Shown here: positions 10,195 to 20,000 of the stretch, piece after piece | How positions within the stretch are numbered: the first letter of the stretch is position 1 | Layout: the number at the start of each line of letters is the position of its first letter | Assembly: GCF_004010195.1 (NCBI RefSeq) | Contig: NC_057718.1 | Location: forward strand, 56,548,646 to 56,568,645 | DNA length: 20,000 bases | From: Chiloscyllium plagiosum | Lineage: Eukaryota | Direction of reading: 5' to 3' | Program-made: the position numbers and the translations under genes | Notes under the pieces: generated by a model | Database searches by the model: none | The model's input: only the letters and a program-made list of their open reading frames with translations | What the model was told of the DNA's origin: nothing

Positions 10195-11010
10195 AATGTT
10201 GCAACAAAGAATGGTAAGCCAGAGAATTGAGAGTGATTTTGGAACTCAAAGGATAACCAAGAAAACAATGGAGAGAGAAAACAAAATGACAGCAAACTAA
10301 CAAGCTACATAAAAACATATATATGAAAAGAAAGAGAGTAAGAAAATAAATGTGCGTCCCTTAGAAGCAGAGAATAAAATTATAATGGGAAATAAGAAAA
10401 TAACAGAAGTAAATAGATGCTTTGTTGCTGGCTACATAGTGACCAACAAAAATATTCCAGACAAAACGAGTCTGGAAGAATGAGGAATTTTCATAAGTAA
10501 ATGGCACAAATAGTTGGTAAATCATCTGAATATGATGGTCAAATCCTAGGGTTTAAAAAAATATAAGAATGACTACAAAGATTGTGGATATTTTGATTCT
10601 AGGGGATTGAAAGATAGCAAGTATATCCATGACATTCAAGGAAGGGGGACAACTGAATATAATTAGCCTGAGCTGATATTAGAACTCATGGAATTTGACA
10701 ATACAGTAGCATGGAAAGAAGGTTAGTTAACTAACTAACATGAAGCGGTCAAGTCAGTTTTACGTCAGCAGCCAATTACCTATCACAAGAATCAATACTT
10801 GGTCTTCATCTATTTACAATCTATAGTAATTATTTAAAAGAAGGGTATTGTGTACAATTTAGCTTTATATTGTCAGCAAACCAGGCTAAATCGGAAAGCA
10901 AGCATTAGAGGACACAATATAAATGGACACAACTAGTGGGCAAGAACACCGTAGATAAAATACAACTCAGAAAATAGTTATCCAGCTTGGTAGATCAGAA
11001 AAGGTACAGC
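10195..11010 (+). mobile_element. Ancient CR1 ORF2 fragment (linker to RT), A-rich, heavily deleted; probably continues at 12165-12410
   Basis: atatgaaaagaaagagagtaagaaaataaatgtgcgtcccttag...aaattataatgggaaataagaaaa, gggattgaaagatagcaagtatatccatgacattcaaggaaggggg (DWKIANVTPxFKKG-like), cttggtcttcatctatttacaatctatagtaattattta (LGPxLFTIYINDL-like). Confidence 0.6.
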
Positions 11011-11254
11011 TAAGACTGGTGAGTTCAGAGGTCTGGGGCAGGGGGTAAAAAAATGCAGCATGTAGCTTGTCTGCTGCTTATCTCAGGTCAAAGCAGAGGT
11101 GTTGGGCACCTCAAGGTCCATAAATGCTGCGTTAATGGCCACTTAAGTGCCCCAAACCATCTCATTAGGTGGGTTGCCCAACAGCATTTACAGTGCAAGC
11201 TAGCATTAGGAAAGGGTGAGGGTGGGAACCTCTTTTGGGATTCATAGGCCCATC

Positions 11255-11362
11255 TAAGGATAGCTGGTCATGGCATTTTGTTCATGAATGCAGATTGATA
11301 GCTGTCTGCCTGTTTGTCCTGTATAATGTTTTGTGCAGTCTCTGCATGGAATCTTGTACACC
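11255..11362 (-). repeat. 108-bp inverted copy of 12624-12731 (PLE GIY-YIG fragment)
   Basis: The reverse complement aligns without gaps to 12624-12731 with about 9 mismatches and encodes VYKIPCRDCTKHYTGQTGRQLSI. Confidence 0.9.
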
Positions 11363-11696
11363 TCAAGGTCATAGCTACTCTTTTACCTAGGCTCCAAGTC
11401 TCTCAGACAAGACTCCCAAAACCCCATCCCCTCAGCTGAGGCCACACCAATACCTTTGGATTTGTATGAAGTCCAGCCAGAATAAACTCTTCTTTTTCAG
11501 GGACTGTAGTCACAAGAGTCTACCGTAACTCAAACTAGGTGCCCTCCTCAGATTAGGACAGAACTTGCGACCTTAGTCATTTAACAGCTCTCAGAGTCTT
11601 AAAAGTCTGCAAAACATCTGGCAGTGAGGATTTGTTCCCATTCAACTCTTCAAATATGGATTGAGAAACCTTCCCATCTAAAATAGCCTGCTCATG

Positions 11697-12155
11697 TGTT
11701 TTAAAAAATTCTCAAGGTCAGGTTCGTAGGAGAGTAGTCTGACACAGAACAAACGACCAAGAGGCGAGTCTGCTAGAATATGGGCATTTTATTCCCCGCA
11801 GCGTCGCCACAACCAGGTTTCATACAACGGGTCTGGCTTATACTCACTCTACATGTTACCGGAACTGGGAGCCGTCAGTTCTCGTAGAGCGGTTGCCAAC
11901 AACCCACGCTCGGCGGTTAAACGTAACCCCGGAGCAGACTCACCGAACTGGAGACTTTTCCAGCTGATATACTCTTTTCCAGATATAAACATTCATGTGA
12001 ACAGCAGAGCAAGGCTAAAAAACACATTCCATTCTGGTTACATACAGATAAGAAGATTCACACGGGGAGGTGTGTAATAAGATTCACACGGGACTAAGCA
12101 ACACCTCCATTCCGGTTAGATTCACACATGTATTGGGACATAATTTTACACCACA
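11697..12155 (-). mobile_element. Solo LTR (459 bp), young; LTR retrotransposon or endogenous retrovirus, family unassigned
   Basis: TG...CA termini (tgttttaaaaaatt ... aattttacaccaca), perfect 5-bp TSD tcatg (11692-11696 and 12156-12160), minus-strand AATAAA at 11788-11793, about 20 CpGs in a CpG-poor region, and short repeats in the putative U3. Confidence 0.85.
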
Positions 12156-12164
12156 TCATGCTAG

Positions 12165-12410
12165 TTTCCTAAATGGTGGAATACTGGAAAATGTTGGTGT
12201 TTTAAGGAACCTAGGTACCCTTATGCATGAGTCAGAGTTGGCACGTGGGTGCATCAGGCAATTGCGTGCATAAGGAGTGTTGGATTGTAGGATGATAAGA
12301 GCAAAAATGTTTAAGTGTCCTGCTGCAATTAGCTTGCTGGAGTACTGGCTTTAGCTTTGCTCTTCTTGCCTAGGAATTGCCATATTTGCCTTGGAGGGCA
12401 CACCATTGGG
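12165..12410 (+). mobile_element. Ancient CR1 ORF2 3' fragment
   Basis: taaatggtggaatactggaaaatgttggtgttttaaggaacctaggtacccttatgca (RDLGVLV-like), ctggagtactgg...ctcttcttgcctaggaa...atatttgccttggaggg (LEY...SPYLRKD...ALEG-like). Confidence 0.6.
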
Positions 12411-12577
12411 GTGCTAGTAAGTTAGACATGCTCCAAAAGTAATGCTGTTTGTATTTTGTCCTTTTGCTAGAAAAACTTGTAAGATGGTTGCCTTCATGGA
12501 GTGTTTTATGGCACAAGTCACATGACTACAGAAAGCCAGGAAAGACATTTGTATAATAAGTATGATGTTTGGATGTA

Positions 12578-13100
12578 CTAAAGAAACAAAATACCCAATA
12601 CCCATCATGTGCAGGACAAATGTGGTGTACAAGACTCCATGCAGAGACTGCACAAAACATTATATAGAACAAACAGGCAGACAACTATCAATCCGCATTC
12701 ATCAACACAACACCATGACCAGCTATCCTTAGTACCTACACACAGATGACAAGACCACAGATTCGACTGGGGCAACACAACAATAATAGGACAAGCCAAA
12801 CAGAGGACAGCCAGAGAATTTCTAGAAGCTTGGCACTCATCCATCCATAAACACATTGATCGAGACCCAATATACCAACCACTGCAATGAACAACCAGAA
12901 CCAGCAACCGGAAGCAGTAGGAACATAACCAAATAAATGCCAACTGACAGTACAGCAGCGCTTCCCAGGAGGCTCAACAGCACTGAGGATGTCACCTAGA
13001 AAGGAGACAAAATATCTGTAAACCAAATTCACAGCTCAGTGAACATACCCACAACAACTACAACCGGTACCTGAAATACAAATCTTTACACAAACCTTGA
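12578..13100 (+). mobile_element. Penelope-like element (Penelope/Poseidon-like) 3' end: GIY-YIG domain and 3' terminal repeat
   Basis: IMCRTNVVYKTPCRDCTKHYIEQTGRQLSIRIHQH, frameshift, HDQLSLV...FDWGNTTIIGQAKQRTAREFLEAWHS...INKHIDRDPIYQPLQ, followed by an HHR remnant. No Cys linker is visible before the nuclease. Confidence 0.88.
12981..13018 (+). ncRNA. Decayed hammerhead ribozyme motif in the PLE 3' repeat
   Basis: ca-CTGAGGA-t-GTC-acctagaaagga-GAC-aaaa-tatc-tg. It would match GAC-GAAA-CGTC if its two CpGs had deaminated. Confidence 0.55.
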
Positions 13101-13937
13101 ACAAAAGGAACTGCATGCACTAACATCACGACTTTCCCAAGTTATCAACTGTGTATGCAATTGTTCTCCTACGTTAGTAGTTTTTATTGCAGTCATTATC
13201 TGCTTTTGCATATTCTTTAAATCATATGGGTCTCTTAAATGGTATGCATATGTACTGTTGTTGGCTGTTCAGAGTAATGTTACTTTGCCAGCGAGTGTCA
13301 ATCTCAAAATCACCGTTGTCACAATAATTGTTCCACTTCCATTGTTGGGGATTGGTGGACCACTGGGACAAATGGTGAATCTGTAGTTTGTGCAGATAGT
13401 GAGTTCATATTTTCCCGATTGACTGCCTATAGTGGAGGGACCTCTTCACTAGTGGTGCATATAAGCTCATGGTTGTGATAGTATTTTTTTTGTTGCTCAC
13501 ATCCACTGCATATAATTTAAGGTGAAAACTCTCTAAGTCCAAATAATCACTTGGGCTGACTCTTGTTGACAGCACTGAAGGTTTGTACCCTGACTGGCTC
13601 TCCAAAGCTCAACAATACTCAACATTACCAACAGCTTTGTCAAGATAGAATTAGGCTTTCTGCCATTTCATTATGATTTTGTCATTCACATTTGCTACTG
13701 CTTCAGTAGCTGTTTACTATTGAAAGAGTAGTCTGGTGCAGTGTGGCATTAGTCTTTATACTGGACCACTTTCTACTTCTTAAGAAGATATGCTTCTATA
13801 CTTGAAGATTGCCTCATTTATACCAGCTGGATTTGCTTGATTTCTTTATGATTTGGTTGTCAATTTGAACTTCACAATCCTTTTCAAAGTAACTAAATTC
13901 TTCATTCATGAACAGACTACCATTGTCCCTCATCAGC

Positions 13938-14003
13938 ATAAGACACAGAAGCAGAAGTAGACCATTCAGCTTTGCTACTGAGATCATAGCTAATCTGATA
14001 ATC
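13938..14003 (-). mobile_element. Very short CR1 3' tail inserted in the Gypsy integrase
   Basis: taagacacagaagcagaagtagaccattcagc...gagatcatagctaatctgataatc. Integrase homology resumes on both sides. Confidence 0.6.
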
Positions 14004-14086
14004 GCATCATCTCGAATGCTTTAAAAACAGAGGTGTGTTTTCAGGCATTCTACAATTTCATCAGTAGGTGATGTCAGCTGGTCTAA

Positions 14087-14822
14087 TTTTCTTCTTTAGC
14101 GGTCCCTCAGGGTTGAGGACGACTTGCTTCCACTCCAGGAGCATGATGCATTCTGCGATGGCTGAACAGTCCAATCCTGGAGCTGCAGACTTTGCCAGAG
14201 GTGGGGCAGATGATGGCTAATGAGATGGGTAGGCAGAATGCTCTGGCTTCTGTGCACTCTTTCTGCGGCATGTACTTAGCCTCCACGTGCCCCAGTGGCG
14301 ATGCTTGAAGTAGTTGGTGCCTTCGCTTTGCTTATTCTCCAGTTTGTGCATTCTAGGACAAATGATTCCGTTATGTCAGTGGGGATGATGAATTTGTTTA
14401 GGGTGGCTTTCAGGTGCCCTTTTTGCATTTCCTTCTGTGTCCTAGTAATCACTTATCAGTGGAAGGGCTCAACTCGAGCACTTACTTAGGGAGTCTTGGT
14501 CAGGCACATGGACAACACAGCCCACCAACTGTAGTCGGTCATACATGATACTAGCCTGGAAAAGAACATACACATTAGTATGCCAATCTGGCTAGCAGAC
14601 TTCATGATTTTGTGAAGGCAGAGCTGGCAATTACTTTCCAGGATTTAAGGTAAGTGTTCCATGTTTCTGAAGCATACAGGATGGTGGGGACCTGCTACTC
14701 TGTAGATGACCATGGTGCTGGATTTGAGGTCTCAGACTTCGAACTCTGACCCTCAGGTGTTTGAGGGCTGAACTGGGGCATTAGAATCAATGTTGGATCT
14801 CATCAATGTCTGCTCACACCGA
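14087..14822 (-). mobile_element. RTE-clade LINE 3' end, degenerate
   Basis: Minus strand gives LRWAGHVVRMPD-like (about 14500-14535), QRKRxKxTLK-like (about 14400-14440) and a C-terminal C2H2-like ICPTSGKVCSSRIGLFSHRRMH (about 14145-14212), then a short 3' UTR ending in a gaa-repeat tail. Confidence 0.75.
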
Positions 14823-15332
14823 GAAAGAAATACTGTTCACTAAGATCAATGTCACTAATGATAACAATGATGATGTACTATGGTGTTAATGATGAAATCA
14901 CCTTGCAGATTGATACCAAAGAGACAGACGGTGGGCGGCACGGTGGCACAGTGGTTAGCACTAGTGCCAGAGACCTGGGTTCAATTCCCGCCTCAGGAAA
15001 CTGACTGGGTGGAGTTTGCACATTCTCCCAGTGTCTGCAAGGGTTTCCTCCAGGTGCTCCGGTTTCCTCCCAAAGTCCAAAAGATGCGCAGGTTTGGTGA
15101 ACTGGCCATGCTAAATTGCCTGTAGTGTTAGGTGAAGGGTTAAATGTAGGGGAATGGGTCTGGGTGGGTTGCGGGTCAGTGTGGACTTGATGGGCTGAAG
15201 GGCCTGTTTCCACACTAAGTAATCTAATCTAATCTAAACTCAGAGCCTCATGCAAGGAGGATGGCCAGTTGTGTTATCTTCCAAAGCATTGAATTATGCT
15301 ATGCTCAGAATGAGAAATAGCACCTAGGTACT
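14823..15332 (+). mobile_element. Inverted Gypsy RT-thumb/RNase H N-terminal fragment, interrupted by a SINE
   Basis: + strand: FTKI..., YYGVNDEITLQIDTKET (compare YYDV.EVTLQCDASE.G), then the SINE, then LMQGGWPVVLSSKAL...YAQNEK (compare LMQ.G.PVAFASRAL...YAQIEKE). Confidence 0.72.
14933..15237 (+). mobile_element. HE1-type V-SINE with a small deletion in the tRNA head
   Basis: gggcggcacggtggcacagtggttagcact, B box ggttcaattcc, V-domain, tail gggctgaagggcctgtttccacact and (aatct)3 terminus. Confidence 0.93.
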
Positions 15333-15568
15333 CATACACTAGCAATAACTGGTTTTCTTATCACCCTAAATTCAGAACAGATGTATTCTGAACTTCATCC
15401 ATGATCTAACTGGAATGTCATGTGTTGTTACTTGCTCTCAAGCACGCTTAGCCTGATACTCGTTGCAAACATTTTATTGGATGACATGCTTCATAATCTC
15501 ATTGCTTAAGTTTGACCAACATAGCACAATCTTGCATTTCGCAGACTTGAATGGATGTATTTCAGCAT

Positions 15569-16397
15569 CGGGGTAAAAACAAGAACTGCAGATGCTGGAA
15601 ACCAGATTCTAGATTAGAGTGGTGCTGGAAAAGCACAGCAGTTCAGGCAGCATCTGAGGAGCAGTGAAATCGACNNNNNNNNNNNNNNNNNNNNNNNNNN
15701 NNNNNNNNNNNNNNNNNNNNNNNNNNNNNNNNNNNNNNNNNNNNNNNNNNNNNNNNNNNNNNNNNNNNNNNNNNNNNNNNNNNNNNNNNNNNNNNNNNNN
15801 NNNNNNNNNNNNNNNNNNNNNNNNNNNNNNNNNNNNNNNNNNNNNNNNNNNNNNNNNNNNNNNNNNNNNNNNNNNNNNNNNNNNNNNNNNNNNNNNNNNN
15901 NNNNNNNNNNNNNNNNNNNNNNNNNNNNNNNNNNNNNNNNNNNNNNNNNNNNNNNNNNNNNNNNNNNNNNNNNNNNNNNNNNNNNNNNNNNNNNNNNNNN
16001 NNNNNNNNNNNNNNNNNNNNNNNNNNNNNNNNNNNNNNNNNNNNNNNNNNNNNNNNNNNNNNNNNNNNNNNNNNNNNNNNNNNNNNNNNNNNNNNNNNNN
16101 NNNNNNNNNNNNNNNNNNNNNNNNTCACGGAGGGAATAGTCTTTGCGGAAGGTGGAAAAGGGGTGAGGAGGGAAATATATCTCTGGTGGTGGGGTCCGTT
16201 TGGAGGTGGCGTAAATGTCGTTGGATGATTTGGTTTATGCGAAGGTTGGTAGGGTGCAAGGTGAGCACCAGGGGGGTTCTGTCCTTGTTACGGTTGGAGA
16301 GGTGGGGTGTGGATGAGATGCGTTGGAGAGCATCTTTAACCATGTGGGAAGGGAAATTGCGGTCTCTAAAGGAGGAGGCCATCTGGAGTGTTCTGTG
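15569..16397 (-). mobile_element. Penelope-like element (Neptune-like), 5'-truncated, spanning the assembly gap, with a 12-bp TSD
   Basis: gtatttcagcat at 15557-15568 and 16398-16409. 16125-16397 encodes QMASSFRDRNFPSHMVKDALQRIS...PLVLTLHPTNLRINQIIQRHLRHLQTDPTTRDIFPS, homologous to about 3060-3310. 15569-15674 is terminal repeat homologous to 2634-2685. Confidence 0.9.
15675..16124. other. Assembly gap (450 N)
   Basis: Run of n characters. Confidence 1.
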
Positions 16398-17168
16398 GTA
16401 TTTCAGCATTGCCTATCTTAACTTCTTAAAAATAATGACCACAACATAGCACCTTGGGCTTTCAACTGATTTCTGTGTACTTGTGACCACTGATGTGTGG
16501 TTGATGTTTTCAGGCTATCCTTTTAACAATAATTCTCCCAGCACTTGAAGAGTTGCACCTCAATGGGTGGTTCACTTGATTTGAGCGAAAAGGTGTTTGT
16601 CTGTCAGATTTGATATCTCTGCATGACTCCCAGAGCCTATCGAGCTGCTATTTCACATTGTGAAATCTTCCAGACCCACCCTGTTGCAGTAGTCTCTACC
16701 TTCTTTAGGCAAAGTATTCCTCTCAACAGCATGTCTGTGTTTATTGTTTGAAAGTCATGCCCAGCATGTACTGCTGTAACTGGAGTAACATTCTTTGCAG
16801 ACACTTTGGTAGTGATTGCACCAATTCAAAGAAAATGGCTGGTTACTTTCTCTCTTCCAAGCAGGTATTAATGATTTTCAGGATTTGGGCAAGTGTTTTT
16901 GAAGCCAGTACATGACTGGTGTTTGACTTCAGGCATTTTTAATTGGAATTGTTTTTCTGGCTCAGCTTCAGGTACATCCTGTGAGCTCTTGCTAGCAGTT
17001 CAAACTAGATTTCAGCAGTCTTCTTCCATGGTGTCTCTACATTCATAAGCTAAGAGACCATCCATTATAGTTTGCATTCTGGATAGACCAGACTCTCTCA
17101 TGCGGTCATATCGATACTCTTCTAGAATAGTAGATATGCCAAAAAACACATGTCATCATCTGTGCCTT

Positions 17169-17485
17169 GATTAGATTCCCCACAGTGTGGAAATAGGCCA
17201 TTTAGCCTAGCATGTCCACACCGACCCTCAGAGGCCCACCCAGACCCGTTCCCCTACAGATGCCCCTGAATAATGCACCTAACACTATTGTAATTTAGCA
17301 CGGTCAGTTCACCTGATCTGCACATCTTTGGACTGTGGGAGGAAACTGGAGCAACCAGAGGAAACCCACACAGATACGGGGAGAATGTGCAAACTCCACA
17401 CAGACAGTGGCTTGAGGCAGGAATCGAACCTGGGTCCCTGGTGCTGTGAGACAGCAGTACTAACCACTGAGCCACCATGCCTCCC
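17169..17485 (-). mobile_element. HE1-type V-SINE inserted in the Gypsy RT
   Basis: Minus strand gggaggcatggtggctcagtggttagtactgctgtctcacagcaccagggacccaggttcgattcc, V-domain, LINE-derived tail and aatctaatc terminus. Confidence 0.93.
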
Positions 17486-19038
17486 TAATCTTTTGAATGA
17501 CATCCAGAATACACAGTTTAAAAACTGCTGCTTCCACCCACCTTTGCTTGCCAGTAATTTCCTTTATGTGGAGAGTAATAAATATTTTTGTATTGGCAAA
17601 TTATGACGAATTTCCATTGACAACTGGAATGGGGTAGTGACGCCTCTTCAGAACTTCATTTAGATCCTTCAAGTCTATGTATGCTTCCAGCTTCCCAAGT
17701 TCTTTCACTGCCAATCCATTCTGCAGGAGTTATCACTTCCTTGATTATTCCTTATTTTTGCCTTCAACTCTTCCATCTGGTCTTTCAGGCTGACCTCAAG
17801 GACAGTAGGAACTTTCTTCAGACATGCTGAATTGGCCTAACATTCTTCCACTAAGGTAATATTACCCAGGAAGACATCCCAAAATCTGTATACACATCTC
17901 TGTATTCCTATAGAATCTGCTCCCTGGTCAATAGTTTAATATACTGCAGTATGTTGAGGGTCATCTGTCAAAGCATTTAACTTGCTCTGGCTGAGATGAA
18001 TGGTTTTTGTTTGCTATCTATGATGTGTAACTCCAGATTTTCAGTCGTCACCATATTAGGATCTCAAGAGTAATTTGTCCTTTCAGATTGAGCATGATGC
18101 CATTACCCAGTTTCAAACTTACTTTTGAATGGTTTTATTTTGAATCATGTTGAGCCACTTTGTGCAGGTCACAATGTTGCATGATACATTTTTATCTGAC
18201 ACTTTATTTTCACTTGATGCTCTCCTTCTGCAGTCATCCCTCCATCAGTCACAAACCATTTATCACCTCTTGATCTGACTGAGCTAGCCTGTTGTATGGT
18301 ATAGCGCGACACATTGGAATTTTCAACTGACATCTCTTCAGTGGCAATCTAGATCAATTTGGGCTTTCTGTGCTTCTTTCCTTTGAAACACAAACGCAAA
18401 ATGATCAATTTCTTGCAATACAAAATACTATCTTTTGGTTTGTTGTTTGCCCTGGATATGGTTATTTTCCTTTATTATATCCTGTACAGTATTTGCATCT
18501 TTTGTTTGTGATCTTTCTGCTCCTTTGGCTTGAAAATGTCTAAAGGTCAAATATAAACACTGGTCTAATTTGCAATAATATGCTCAAACTATTCATTTAC
18601 AACCTTAACGTTTTTGCAAGCGTCAATTGCTTTCCTGAGAACAAGTTTCTCTTCAGTTTCACTGCAGAATCTTACGTTTAAGACAATTCTTCTTTAATTA
18701 GATTACCTTTTAGTTACTTAAATTCACATTCTACAAACTATGTTATTGCTGTCACATACTGATCAGTGGACTTTCATCACTCATGTCAGGATTCTTTGTG
18801 TGTGCTCAATATTATGTTCACCTCAGGTCTAAAGTGTGCCTTCAAGGCTTTCAAAATTTCCATAGGCTTTTTCGATGTTCTTCATTGAGATTTATGGCAG
18901 AATACACTTTGTAATAGTCTCTTTGCAATAGTGTTACAAGTACAGTTACCCATAGCTGATATTGCTCGTTTTAAACCAATCTGTTGCAATTAGTTTTGTC
19001 ACTTGATTGGAAGAAAATCTGGTTGTTCCATTCCAAAC

Positions 19039-20000
19039 TTTTTTTTTATTTCAAAAATATACTTTATTCATAAAATAATTTGATGGTCTGTACAGTTGGT
19101 CATGCCATACATATGTAAACATGTACATGCAGAGATCAAAACTTATCATTTTTATACCGGTCTGTACATTTTTCCATCATATGCCCATATAATTAGCTGA
19201 GGCGTCAGCGGAGCCCAAATGACTGCATGGGCCCCCTGTTCTTCGTTAGGCAGGCAGACTTTACACAGTGGTCTTTCCCCACCGTGCCTTGGCGGCAGCT
19301 GCCCCAAGCTTCAGCGCGTCCCTCAACACGTAGTCCTAGACCTTGGAATGTGCCAGTCTGCAACACTCAGTCGGGGTCAACTCCTTCAGCTGGAAGATCA
19401 ACAGGTTTCGGACCACCCAGAGAGCGTCCTTCAACGAGTTGATGATCCTCCAGGCACAGTTGATGTTCGTCTCGGTGTGCATCCCAGGGAACAGGCCGTA
19501 GAGCACGGAGTCCCGCGTCACAGCGCTGCTCGGGACGAACCTCGACAAACACCACTGCATTCCTCTCCAGACTTCCTCTGCATAGGCACATTCCAGAAGG
19601 AGGTGTGTGACAGTCTCGACCCCCTCGCAGCCACTTCGAGGGCAGTGTGCGGTGCGGCTGAGAGTCCGGGTGTGCATAAATGATCTCACAGGCAGAGCCC
19701 TTCTCACCACCAGCCAAGCCATGTCTTGGTGCGTGTTGGAAAGTTCTGGCGATGAGGCATTCTGCCAAATGGCTTTGACAGTCTGCTCAGGGAACCACTC
19801 GATAGGACCTGCCCTCTCCTTTTCCCGAAGGGTCTCAAGGACACTACGTGCTGACCACTTCCTAATGGACTTGTGGTCAAAGGTGTTTTTCTTCATAAAC
19901 TTCTCCACGAAGGACAGGTGATACCGAACGGTCCAACTACTCGGAGCGTTCCACGGCAGCGAGGCCAGGCCCATCCTTCGCAACACCAGGGACAGGTAGA
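19039..20000 (-). mobile_element. Tx1-clade (L1 group) LINE 3' end, young, continuing beyond the window
   Basis: Poly(A) (T run 19039-19047), AATAAA at 19063-19068 on the minus strand, 3' UTR of about 220 nt, and an ORF2 C-terminus with a CCHC zinc knuckle. CpG-rich. Confidence 0.9.
19261..20000 (-). pseudogene. Tx1 ORF2 C-terminal region (zf-RVT-like) with one premature stop
   Basis: AWLVVRRALPV...CPRSGCEGVETVTHLLLECAYAEEVW...KDALWVVRNLLIF...HSKV*DYVLRDALKLGAAAAKARWGKTTV*. TAG at 19336-19338 is in frame, and the natural stop is at 19261-19263. Confidence 0.85.

Larger units (their letters stand above)
13200..19038 (-). mobile_element. Heavily decayed Ty3/Gypsy LTR retrotransposon internal region (gag-PR-RT-RNaseH-IN), with nested insertions
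   Basis: Minus-strand motif order: gag (EILKALKAHFRPEVN, DQYVT, KAIDAC; about 18600-19030), protease-like KCQI...SCNIV (about 18170-18205), RT (LGCLPG, CIDLKDLNEVLKRRHYP, FGISTILEEY, IMDGLLAY for the xxDD motif, QLKMPEVK; about 16890-17890), RNase H end (PKCLQRMLLQLQQY; about 16720-16880), IN zinc finger (MLKYIH, CNEYQAK, HDIPVRSWMK; 15370-15568), IN core (EIVECLK near 14050, LMRDNGSLFMNEEF near 13900, GEPVRVQ near 13590). IN after RNase H is the Gypsy order. No LTR identified. Confidence 0.8.

Noticed and set aside
11015..11691. Possible decayed non-autonomous DNA transposon (gttaatggccacttaag motif)
   Set aside because: Terminal inverted repeats and TSD could not be identified.
11853..12273. 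ORFs of 74 and 67 aa in the CpG-rich segment, and a possible CpG-island promoter
   Set aside because: The CpG-rich segment is bounded exactly by TG/CA and a TSD, so it is explained as a solo LTR. The peptides have no recognisable motif.
15643..16449. Long ORFs of 161 and 261 aa
   Set aside because: Artefacts of translating the N gap.
272..17606. ORFs at 272-568, 5631-5985, 14878-15213 and 17254-17606 with similar peptides (MVAQWLALL…, RLSVWSLHILP…)
   Set aside because: They are chance translations of the non-coding V-SINE. The similarity between them reflects the repeat, not a gene family.
19219..19921. + strand ORFs of 154, 71 and 104 aa
   Set aside because: Antisense shadows of Tx1 ORF2.
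1..20000. CRISPR array, bacterial RT/nuclease defence system, or true tRNA genes
   Set aside because: No regularly spaced repeats and no operon structure. The RT plus GIY-YIG pairing is the normal Penelope architecture, and the A/B boxes belong to SINE heads without a full cloverleaf.

Overview
Eukaryotic, repeat-dense non-coding DNA, very likely intronic or intergenic sequence from a shark or other elasmobranch (inferred from HE1-type V-SINEs, their CR1/HER1-like partner LINE and the Penelope families present). There is no intact protein-coding gene and no prokaryote-type system. The window is a nest of retroelements: five tRNA-derived V-SINEs, many CR1-like and other LINE fragments, an RTE 3' end, a young Tx1 LINE 3' end, Penelope-like elements (PLEs) of two clades with target-site duplications (TSDs) and hammerhead-ribozyme (HHR) motifs, a CpG-rich solo LTR with a perfect 5-bp TSD, and a heavily decayed Gypsy gag-pol element (about 13.2-19.0 kb, minus strand) broken by at least six insertions and carrying an inverted, displaced RT-thumb/RNase H segment. 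A few possible + strand host exons lie in the unique DNA, but I cannot assign them to a gene. A 450-nt N gap lies at 15675-16124. All family names come from motif recognition by eye, not from database searches, and boundaries of the old elements are approximate.
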